This document shows, in pieces, positions 51,925 through 64,000 of a stretch of DNA of 64,000 nucleotides (position 1 is its first letter; the number at the start of each line of letters is the position of its first letter). Source of the DNA: Strigamia acuminata (Eukaryota); contig OX442314.1 in NCBI GenBank assembly GCA_949358305.1, positions 19,034,001 through 19,098,000 on the forward strand. Direction: 5' to 3'. Below the pieces are notes generated by a model. The model had not been told where the DNA came from, did no database searches, and saw only the letters and a list, made by a program, of their open reading frames with translations. Position numbers and translations under genes: made by a program.

Positions 51925-54900
51925 AACTGAAATCTCTTAATTATTGTTTGTTTGAACATGTTCAGTTTTTAAAATTTGGTTTTGACCAATAACCAAATAC
52001 AAAATTCAGAAAAATTACAAATTGAGTGACCGAATTTCAGGCCAAACGAGTTCAAAAATGTGGCATTTGGTAAATGTAATTTGGCAGTCAATTGTTGGCA
52101 AAACACAAAGAATCTAAGTTGTAAATACAATAGTTTAATTTAAAACTTTAACAAACTAAATTCATGAACTCTTCATATTTGGTGGTCATATTTGTGTGTG
52201 TTCATTTTAGCCTTGTGTTTCTTGCTGTCAAAATGCTGTGAAAACTGCGATTCGGAGTTCAAAGTTATGTTACAAGTTGAGCAGTAATATTTGCCACTAG
52301 GTGTCCTGAACATAGAAAAATCTCTTGAAGGGTTATTTTTCATTCTTTTGCATGGTGGTTCCTCAACTTCAGTTGCAATGACTGTGGCCAGAATTGAGTC
52401 AACCGTACCTAGTTAAAAAAAAACAAGAAAAATTAAAATTAAATATTTTTAAAATATGCTCAATTTCATAATAAAATACCACACTCAAACATGAAGCAAT
52501 AACACCTTCAGTACTGCTAACTACAATAGGTATGGCCATGAGATCTAGAAGACAACATTGAAATATCTTTTCCTCTTCCCCCTTTTTTTTATTGATTTGC
52601 ACCTAACTCCTTTTCCTATCGCCAAGTGTGTTATTACCTATGGGATTCAGCAAGTCCCACAATACCCAAGCACATAGGTTATTGACCTAAAATCAAGCTT
52701 GTATGCACAGCAGAGGGTTTAGAAATAGAAATAAAATTCATCAGTTAAAGGTTCCATCAATGCATCTTTGTGTTTACTCAAGAAATTATATCATCGTGTT
52801 CAACAAATGTGAAAACCGTAAGCAAAATGCTAATTGCTAATTGCTAATTACAAAAAAAAACCTTCCTTTGTGCATTTTATACTTCACACTTGGAATTCCA
52901 ATCGTGAATTTTAATTTCAGCATCAGTTAAAGTAAATCCCTATCACTTGACAAACCAAGCAGAATAATGAAGTTTTGAAGTAAGATGAATAACTTCATTC
53001 ATTATCAAAAATCGATTGGACAAATCTGGACTTTTTGCTCGTTTGTTTTGTCATTTTTGATGCCACCATTAATTATTAATCTTCACCAGTGCATTTATTT
53101 CCCAAATAAGGTAATACCTGATTTAAAAATCATATTTCCTTAAGTACTTAAATTTCCAGCACTTCTGTTTCGTGTCAAAACCCCAAACGAGTCCATTTAT
53201 TGACCTTCAGAGTAGTTTACTTAAAGCTCAAGTATCCTGTTTTTGATTGATGACTGAAACGGCACCAATTTTTCAACGTCGAAAAACAATACAACCCTAT
53301 TATTTTCATTTCACCTCGTTGTGTAAAATCATTTCTTAATCACCTGTGTTGTGACTTTATCAATTCAAAAACTTCTTGCTTTGTTCTTTTGTTCTTGCAG
53401 ATATATTTTTCCTTTTGTGATTAAATCGATCTTCACCGAGAACTTATCTGCCCAGTCAGTCAATAAACAACAAACCATAAGTTTATCCCTAGAGGTGGTT
53501 GCTAAAAGTAATGAAGGTGGGGCAACAGCCATACTGGTGATTAGATTGTGTAACATATAAGGTCTGTTCCTAATTGCGTTGCTTCCTGTAGAAGTATGTT
53601 ATGCAGTAACTTATACCCAACGCTACAACTAATATTTGGCTATCAGATTACGCAGGCAAACTTTAGTTACAATTTGTATGACAACAGCGCAAAGAGATCC
53701 CGAAACGAGATATGTGTTGTATCATGTGCAATCAATAGATATGAAGGAAGTGGAGTCAATTATCTTAAGGAATCCACTGGGATAATTTTTCACATCAATC
53801 CCAAAAGGTCGCCGAGGGGAGATGAGTTGTGTTGTGTCTTGTGATGACCACAAATCATCTTGGCCTTGTCGCAATCAAATTACACAACTTTCTTCGACTC
53901 GGCCAATATGTCACGAATAAAATGTCAAATAAAAACTAAATTGTATTTTTTTTCTTCTTTTCTTTCCTCCAATAAAAAAAAAAAACACCAAAAACCAAAA
54001 ATAAATCAATCAATCCTATCCTTCCCTTTAGAAAACATTAAATCAATTGACAAAACATCAAAAAAACCAACAAGAAACAATTTGCCGGACCACCTAGTGA
54101 CCACAGCCTTAACCCGTAATTCTTCCAAAGTGAACTTAATTTACTTAAAAGCAACAACACCGTATAGCAACAAAAGACTTAGCATTTAACTCAAAACATA
54201 AAACACTTTTTCTCTGGCCTTTGCACGACGAGAAAGAAGTTAAAAAGAAAAAAAAAATAGGTCATTAAAAACTTTTGTAGCCTGTCTTTCCTGCAAAACA
54301 CATTTGCACCTACACCGACTGTGCCAATGATGGAAGCTCAGCACGAGCCATTTGCCAGCGCAGCTCTTACTCTTTACTACCACAAGAGGTCATTAAAGGT
54401 GCATGAGGACACTAATCAAAACACAAAATAGCCTTACAGTACTGCATTTACCTTTGGCCAGGGATTTATTAGCACTTCTGTAATTACCAAACCAATGTAA
54501 ACAACATATCCGGTACACGAAAATAAACTTCCTCGGAGATATTAGGAACTGGATAAGTGTCAATTTCTTCTATTTCAAAGGTCTATGAGAAGGCATTCTT
54601 GTAGAAACTCGACCAGTTTCTGTATAGCAAATGAAAGCTAGCTCATAAAAGTTCAATTACACGTTAGGGTGATTTTCAATTCACAGGTGTTAAGCTAGGG
54701 TGTGGGACAAGGAGACTAGGGGAAAGGCATTCATTCACAAAAGTTCACCAGGTGAGCTATACATCCAAGATGGATAAGGTATCCATGGAAGCATCTACCC
54801 CTCCCATAAATAAGTCATTGTATAGCTCTAAATGGTCACGTTTAGGACTATTAATTCTGCACTAATTTTAAGGTGTCAAAAACTCGGAATAAAACACAAA

Positions 54901-57900
54901 GCATTTCATTAAACTCACGCCTCTAATAAATTGTCGTTGAATCACAGCCGTCTGTCAGTAAATAGCCAAATATCAAATACCAAAGCTCGCTTCCCTCCAG
55001 GTGTCAACAACACCTTTGTCGAGGGTGAGAAATTGAACCCCAGTGTCAAGCTCAACCCTCGTCTACCAACTCCTAACTGCGGAGTAAATATTTGCACAAA
55101 TTTACCCTACCACCTGCTAAAAGCTAACAATATCATAGCACACAGGACAAACCCGTTGCAATTACTGTATCCACAAGGTTCGGCCGTCATCAATCTTCCA
55201 GTATAAGTTATTCAACAATTTGCTACATTTTATTATTTACGAATTGACCAGTTAGATTGATAGAACTAACTGAACATCATCTTCAATATATATATGTACT
55301 CTATCGAGGCTTATCTTGGCCTTCCCTCTTGGCTACACGCTGATCCCATACTTCATTTTAGAGTTGCCAAACAAAATTTAGCTCTAGAGTTGAGGGCAGC
55401 CCAGGAAACCGTAATGTCCTCACCAGTCGGCATAGCAACCATGGGGCTTTCTTCAATAGGATAAAGTCAGGTTTGCTTCTAAATAGACAATACTTTTGTA
55501 TTTCTTTTGACATGAATGTCATATTCTATCAAAATAAGCCTATTGTAGTTTAGATTATTTTAAGTACAAAATGCAGTATATAACATAATAAAAAAAAACA
55601 AAAAAAAAACTTTAGTAATTCAATATAAAAAGTCTACCAACAAAGACCATCAAGGTGTTGATATGTGTGAAAGGCTTTTCTAAGAGATTCCACCTGGATA
55701 AATTTGAATAGATGGAGAATTGCAAGGGTCAGTGAGTGACTAAAAGAATTTCAAGAATTGGGGCTAGGGAACAAGAACCCCAAAAATAGTTCAGTTCCAC
55801 ATAATTTCACACTTTTATTATTGTAAATGAATGAACATCAAATGGAAATTGTAACGGCTTTACCAGTAACTCACCAAAAAACTTGTCTTTTCTATTTACT
55901 TATTTATCTAAGAATATTCATTCGGTAGTAAAATTAACATTAACTATTTATAAATGCTTCTCTTGTCAATTCCTTGGGATTGTCCTTATCCAATTTAATC
56001 TACCTTATTTATAACCTTCTAGTCTTGCCGAGTACAAAATGTCTTTTGTCATCAAATATAATTATTTGCCTTCAGTTTTACCCTAGAGGAATGAATGCAG
56101 GCCTGCATTTGGTCACTGCAGGGAATAAAACGAAGTATTGATCCACAAAAACCCTTAATTCAACAAAGCCTCAAATTCAATACCACTTTTTCTCTCTAAC
56201 TGTTTGTATTGGAATATATTTTTCTATCTATTGTCATAACATAAGATGCAAAACCAGTCATTGCATGTATAAACAGTTCATTAAAATGGAACTAAAAATA
56301 AAGCTACATATCTTTTTTCTGTCCTCTCCCATTCTTTCTTGCACTTTGTCTTGTGATAATTAACTTTTCCCCATCCAAGCCTAAGGTTTTATTGGTAAAT
56401 AATTCACCCCACTGTTTGCCATTTGCCAAGTGCATTTTTGATGTGTGAGCAAAACAAGACTGCAGCTAAAGTGAAGAATGAGTTGCAAGAAAAAAGACAA
56501 AAAAACAAACAAAAAAAACAAAAAAAAAATAATTCTTTTATACCATAGAAAAAGGAATTGAATATTACATCAATTTTTCATAAAGAGAGAAACTGCGAAA
56601 TAATAAATGATCCAAATCGAAGTATATTTTATATTAATAGTTCGTCATTTGAATGACCTGAATGACCTTCAAACTTTAAAATTCCTTTCTGCGTTTATTT
56701 ATTTTTATAGTTTACACTTTACACAGTTGATTTAATAATAAATCACGACAACTTCATCTTCTATTGATATTTTTCTTTTTTTTTTTGCTATTTTTTTTCT
56801 TCTTTTATAATATTGGCTGCGAGCAACAACAAAAACACAGCTAGACATTTCATTTTCAATCCCCAGTTTATTAGATGGAAGTTAATTGAGTGTGAATCAA
56901 GATTGATGCAGTAATTGCGCAATTCTAACCCAGTCAACAGTAAAATATTACGAAAAATTCAATTTCTCCTTTTTCCTCCAATATTACCTCAACTTGTTCA
57001 TGTATTATAAATACCCGATGCTATAACCATCCCAAAAATTCACCAAAAATACTTTTTTTTTATGTTGGTGGAACGTGGAAATGCAACCAGGTGCGTCGTT
57101 CCAGCTGAGTAGTCACTTTCATGTTGAGCACAAGTCGCAAACTAGTGATTTTGCAGCTGAGTAACGTTTCACAAAAGCGGAGGACGAGGAGGGGGTACTC
57201 GCCTAAACACCAATGTCCACCCATAAATGACGTCATCAACTTGTTATAAGCCTCATATGCGTGAATAGCACTCAATTAACTAGAAATTTATTGTTACGAT
57301 GCGATTTTTCCCAATATACGCAATCAAATAAATTTTCCACGCTTGGATGGTTTAATAATTCCCTTTTGCACGAGTATAAATAAATGAAATGACAAAGTAT
57401 ACTGCATTACGCTTACAATGTATCAGTGTAAATTAATTTTAAAGATAAAATAATCCTCTCGAATACCCATAACCTAAAATTCCTCTTTTTATTACATCTT
57501 ATTAAAAAATTACACATTTAATATATATTTTTTAATTTAACGGCTTTTAATACGAAAAAATTAACGTTATAAATTCGTTGAAATCACGGAGCCATAATTC
57601 AAAATTGTTAACTAGATGTGGAAATGTGCGCCATGTCATAAGATGAAAATCATGCCACCAATTACAAACAACCTTTAGATGCTTATCTGTATAAGAATAG
57701 GGACGTCGAATGAACGCACCGGAAATTGTGGCTCACCGCCATGTTTTTTCTATAGGTGCGGTGTATTGTGGTTTGTAATTAATATTTTTCTACTTTTTTT
57801 TTTATTCGCTTGACTTTTATCTCGTTTAATCCACCCCACATTATTTTTAAACGCAGACAAAATTCTTCCAAGCTTAACTCATTTGTTTATCTTAAAAATA

Positions 57901-60900
57901 CAAAAAAAAAACACCAAAAACAGAACATGAACATCAATACTGTTTCAGCCGCCATCTCGAGTTTTCAAACCCTGCATAGATAAAAAAAAAAAAATTTTTT
58001 TCTTCAAAAAACTTCCCAAACTAATATATCTTAGATAGAAAGTTTTAAAGTCCTGCTTAAAATGACTGAACACGAAGAAAAAAAAACCGTATGTTAAAAT
58101 AGGATAGGTCAAGGGCTTTGAAAGATATGAATGTGAAAATCCCCCATTCCCAAGTTAACCTACAAGATATTACATGTGAATTTTGAATTTTATATGCATA
58201 GCTTTATAATTTGTTTCTTTCTTTTTTAAAGATGTGCTGCACACGAGTACTGTCAAAAATCTAATTATCAGATGACAAACTCGAGCATACAATAGGCCTA
58301 CTTAATTTTTTCCGCTAAAATAAATATAAAGTTTTATTCAACCTCAGCAGCAAGTGCATAATTGTGTATACACGGATCCTTTCGACTTTCGCCTATTTAT
58401 GAAATCCAATTAAAAATCTTATTTCCACGAGCCCAATACTCAAAGTCTAATTCAAAAATCAGCTTTCAATATGTGTAGAGACAAAATCAGAACTTGATTC
58501 AAAACAAATACAACAAATTCCCTCTAGGATTGAGTGCATTGTGGCACAATAGATTACCACAAAACTCAAATATTATTCCAGTGTCCCTCTGTGCAAACAA
58601 AATGCGAGTGATCTGATAGCAACAGACTCCTTTTATGATTAGGTTATTATAGGGCAGAAACTTGTGCATAAATCAGATGATAATCTTGCTGAATTCCGAG
58701 TGATTACAAAGAACCGTATTTAGAAAAAAATCTTTCCAACAAAAAATAAATAAATAAATTTAATTTTAAAATGGAAAAAGAAACAAAATTTTACAATTAA
58801 ATTTTTTTTTTCCTTTTAAATATTTCCTTTTTTCAAACTCTTGGCAAAGATTCAATTTTTTTCCATAAAATTATGAAACAATTCAAAACAAAATGATCTT
58901 GTTTACATGGAAAGATAAAAACAAGTGTGGAAAACATTCTTTTTGTCTGTATAGAGAAAAAAAAATTCCCCCGTTTTCGTCTATTCCTTTATTCACTTTA
59001 GTTTGGCAATCATCGCATGAGAGAAAATTCCAAAGGATTCACTTAGGAATGCAGAAGGGCGAAGAGACCCAAGTGGACAACACGTAAACTAATTCGAGAG
59101 CCCTCAACTGATCAGTAGGAGAACTAATTCCACCTCGATGAAATAACATGACTCCCCTTTTGGAAATCTTATCAGCTTATTGATCGACTAGAAAACTTCC
59201 AAAAAGACATACAATGTTGTGAAGTCTCATTTATAAACTTTGTCCTCCAAACATGGTTTCATTATTGCGACTAAAAAAATTGTACACAAAAAAATTACAG
59301 AGAAAAAAAAAGAGAAAATGTTTCTATTACTACTGTTGGCATCGTAAAATTAAAAACATCCACATAATTGCTCATACAATTAAATAAAAACATGCTACCA
59401 TTAATTCACCATTCAATTCCTTATAAACTGGACAATGAACACAATTCTTAATATATCAATTTCAATCTTTTAAAAATTTTTTTTTTTTTTTTATATAAAC
59501 ATTTCCTTCTTTCCAGACCTTATAGAAGAAACAAAATAATGTTCAACATTGACAGATTAAATTTTTATTTTTGCAATAAACAAAACCTTTTTATTTTTTC
59601 TCAAAATATTTGGAAAAAATTTTTTAGGTATAATAGCTGGTTAAAGTATAAAATGTGGTTTTGTAGTTTCTTAGCTTGCGTGTAATTACAACAACATGAG
59701 CTGGAATTATGTTAGGCACGTCCTACATCATTCAAACAGCAGCCATTTGCAAACAAATGATCATTAACTACCAACAGACTCCCTTATCCAATTTACAAAA
59801 CTGGTCGTGCTTTTTTTCTTTTTCCTTGAATGTTTTTTAAAATTGTTTTCCCTCACTGCAGGAATAATTCTCTGTCATAATTTCAACTTAAATCTTACCC
59901 ACCTGTTATAACACAAGTGAGAATAATGTTGACACATCACGAATTGCTTCCTTCAAGTCATGTCAAATATTTTGTCATGAAAAATATTACGTGTTATAAA
60001 CTACACGAAACAACTTCTAATCATGAGGAATTTCCAAAAATTAATATTATAATTTTCACATTACATTTTACAAAAAATAAAAAAAAAAAAAAAAAAATAA
60101 AGTGACCTCACTCGACCAAAATCTCATTCAAATTTCGAGTCAGTTTCATTTATTTCTTTGTATTTTTTACTACTTCCTGTTGAGTTTACTTAATTCAAGC
60201 AGTGAATTGCAAACGTTTAAATTGTGCATTCAACCACTGTTTAAAACTGTAACTTGTTTTATTGTGCAAAAAATAAAGTCTAGCACATTAAACCCTTTAC
60301 AAACACTTGCAAACCATTTCACAAATCTTCAGCAGTTCACATCAAAGAAGCTTATTCCTTTTTCAGGTGTGAAAACGGGGACGGAGAAGATTGTTGAAGG
60401 GTGTGTCAGCTTCCATATGTGAATAGACGAGGGTTATAATACTTAATCCTCTCTTTCAATTTCCGTTCCCATACGGAAAAAGAAGAATTCAAAAACAACA
60501 TTCACTCGTCGATGGATCGAAAAACACTTCCACATAAAGCAATTTCAAAAAGCTATGTGCCCATATTTTTACCTGAAACTTCTCAATTTATTGCATCTAC
60601 TCCAATTCTTTCCTCCTCATTTAACGAGTGTATGCTTTATCGCAAAAAATTTCTCCATTCCCAGTGCGTGTGAAAATGAACATGTTGTAAACGTAAATCG
60701 ACACCTTATCCCATGTTTTGCAATCTCTAACACTGAACTCTGCGAGTATATCGGTTTGCAAAGGAATTTCCCTGGTGCTAAATGTTACAGTAGTCGAAAA
60801 TAGTGAGTAGATTCTCTTTAAAAACAGGTAGAGGTTTAGAAAAGCCATTGTATTTGTCCCTGCAGGTAGGTGACAAATGGCGCTTTGCCGGTGTAATCCT

Positions 60901-63900
60901 CCTATTCACCAAATGCTACAATAACTAGGGGAGGGAACTGTACAGTACAACAATAAACAACCGGTTACTCTAAGCTTTTACCCGTAACGACACTGTTTTT
61001 ATTTCGGGCTCAAATTTATCTCGTACTGAAATATACAAAAAGAATAACATTTTCACTAACATAAAATTTATAAAAATAAAATTCCGAGAAATGATAAATT
61101 TAAAAAAAATGACATAAAAGTGTTTATTACTTTTCATCATCATTAACACTAATCTTTTTAATAATAAACTAAATCCATGTGCAATCAATACTTCCTACTT
61201 CGAAAGACATCCATTATCCGTTTATCCATCATCACAGAATGGCATCAAGTGTATAACAAGAAGAGGCTATTAATGGTGCATCTATCCCATTTATCCATTT
61301 ATATCAGCGTAAGCCTATCTTTTGCTCGTAATACGACGGCTATTCATCACCAAATCCTACCAATTACTGATAATCCAATGCCGATAACTAATAGTCTTTG
61401 CACATAATAACAAAATTAACCCCAATCATTATCGCCAATTAAATCAAAAATGCAAATTAAATACTTAGAATTATTGCGTGTCATCTTGTTTTGTTGGTTT
61501 TGAATTACTGAAATATAAATTACACTTGGTAAAGTACGTTTCCCACAGGTCAAATTGGTTAATATTCGAGAATTAAATATTTAAATGTAGACAAAATATA
61601 TCTGGCGCCTTCTTCTCATTTCACGGATATCAACCCGGACATCAAAACGACATAACAATGCATTGTCCGCAATCAACAAATAAATATATTCATTTAAATA
61701 GTTTCTTTTAACCCGAACATCTTTTCACTGCTGGAATTTCACATTGCCCATCGATATAAGAAAAACCAGCACTGCATTTAAAACGTCAAATCAATAAAAT
61801 AACAGTGCGAAAAGCGAGAAAAGTGTGAGAGAATATAAAAAAACACAAACCCCCTCCACGCCCTTATCTATCCATCCCTGTGGATAAGAGGTGGCAAGAA
61901 AATGTGAAGGGGGAAATTTGAGAAATAGAAAATCAATAGAGCATTCCAAGAATGTGGCCAGCACCATAGCACAAGCTCCAGGTTTTCCCCTCTTCTTTCT
62001 GCTCGGTGGAGCAAGGCCCCAGTTTGTTTTGGAGGCAAAAGCAATCGGACTGACAATAATGAAGTGAAGGCGGCAAAATGGTAGATGGCTGTCAGCGCCA
62101 CTAACGGCCAATTTCGGCCTCGAAACGTGATAGAAGCCAAAGAGGCATTCGTCACTAATTAAAGGAGGGCCATGAGGTTAATTGAGCGAGCAACGAGTAA
62201 TAACTTAGCTATGGATGAATTTTAAACACCAATTTCATACCTTAACACACCTATCTAAATGCTTAAAAATGTACTTAAAAAGGGGGAATCTAGAGGAAAT
62301 GTTCACTATTTCCGGTTGGAACAATGTTAAAAACCATTGAATTTGTCATTTTACACAGAAAATTGAGATAAAAATGTCAAAAGTTTGGCTATTTTGCTTG
62401 ATATGTCGAAAAATTTAGATTTATTGCAACTTAAACGCAAAATTTAGAATACGTGGCCTTATTTCGTTGCAGCTGGAGACAAATATCATTACATTCTTTC
62501 ATAATTCTGTAATAGAAACTCAAACTTTTAGTTCCAACGTCTAATTGAGCACACTTTCCAAACTTACCGTTTTGATTACGGTATTCTCAATCCCTACACA
62601 TGAAATAAAAATTCTATTGATTTATATAAAACTACATTTTTGATAAACGGAAATGAAAAAAGTGCAACATACAATTTTGAACAGCTGCAAATCTCAGCTT
62701 GACATGGGTCTTATGAAAAATCCTCTCTTTTGGCCTTTCCTGATTCTTTTTCCAAGTTTAAAAAGAGAAAAAAAAATCGAAAAACATAGCCCCAAACAAT
62801 AAGCAAAAAAAAAAACTGTAAATAAAAAACAGCTTGCCTTATAAATTGTCTCGAAGTGGAGATTGATTTCCTTTTAAAACAACTCCAAAGCAAATGTATT
62901 ATTACACTAAAACAACGCGCGAAGAAGTTTAATGCATAGCCCAAACCAACCTCGGTTTCATTGTCAGTTAAAATTAATGCACCCTTTACATTATCCACCG
63001 AATGGATGCGAGTTGAAATGTTAAAAACGAATCCAAGTGTAAACAGCATATCAGTTGTGTCAAACCAACTCCCCACACAAACTTGAGTTTGCACTAAGAC
63101 AGTATTCATCCATCTTAATTAAATAGCGGCAAGATAGTGCCCATCCATGCACTCAACAGTGTCCCATTTAAACACATCTGATGGGGAGAAATTTTTTGAA
63201 GGTACACCTCGCCTCATCTCATCACTCAATGTCAAATCTAAGGCCCTCTTGTGGCAAACTCGGCCAGACACAAGCCAAACCGAGCCAAACCCTGTCACAG
63301 GTCATTCGTACGCTTAAATAAAGATGTTTGATTTTTATCACTTACTTTTAATTGCAAATGCTCCATAAAAGTTATGAATAAAACTGAAAATAATTCGACA
63401 ACATATTTCCAGCAAACCAGTTTCACTTCGTCAGATTTTTTTTCCTGCAAAAATACATCCCAAAACGCTACTAATGTCGCAGATTTTACAACTCCTTCAT
63501 CAGACCACGCATGATCATGATGGGAAGGGAAAAACATTTCCCCTTTTCTCTAATTGTTTTCTAAACCTGAAATAAAAACAAATACTTTGAGCGACGCTAA
63601 TGAGAGTAAACAAAACATATTTAGCTTCATCTTAATCATTTTATCATCATAAACAATAAAGAGAAGAGAGTCAGGTGGTAGCAACTGTTAATGAGTTGGA
63701 GCGCGAAAGAACAATTCGCCCACAATTTATTGATGAATAAGCACAAGCCAGAGATAAGTTTTCTTCTTCCAATTAACTGTATTATACATTCAATTAAACT
63801 CCAAGGAAAGGACACTGCGAATGAATAGTCGCAAACGTTAATGAAAAAGGATAATTCTAAAAACTCGAGATGCGAGATAAGAAGCACAATTTATAAGGGC

Positions 63901-64000
63901 ACTACTAAGTACCAGTGGCTCCTTCTCGTGTCGGAATTGACTAACCTCAATAAGTCCAATGAACCAAAACCCACATACCATCTGCTCTAACTTGTAAAAC

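Noticed and set aside
63295..63566. Minus-strand acceptor-like TTTGTTTTTATTTCAG followed by an 80-aa ORF
   Set aside because: No convincing donor or protein features; such acceptor-like strings are common on a T-rich strand.

Overview
AT-rich, mostly non-coding eukaryotic DNA, probably from an invertebrate animal. The clearest feature is a complete, very young 2,939-bp LTR retroelement on the minus strand (17883-20821). It has two identical 132-bp LTRs, a 5-bp TAACC target-site duplication, a tRNA-Ser-type primer-binding site and a polypurine tract. Its single intact ORF (792 aa from the first ATG) encodes a SAP-like motif, a Ty3/gypsy-type capsid, a CCHC knuckle, an aspartic protease with a D-P-G motif and a long acidic tail, but no RT, RNase H or integrase. 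The only plausible host coding sequence is a minus-strand exon (9071-9419) whose last 85 nt encode a signal-peptide-like N-terminus before a phase-1 GTAAGA donor. With the visible A/C-rich plus-strand skew, this suggests most of the window is intron or upstream sequence of one large minus-strand gene. Several small TIR (MITE-like) families, simple repeats and candidate RFX, CRE and CTCF sites are also present. The other short ORFs in the track look spurious. No database searches were run, so family assignments rest on motif recognition.
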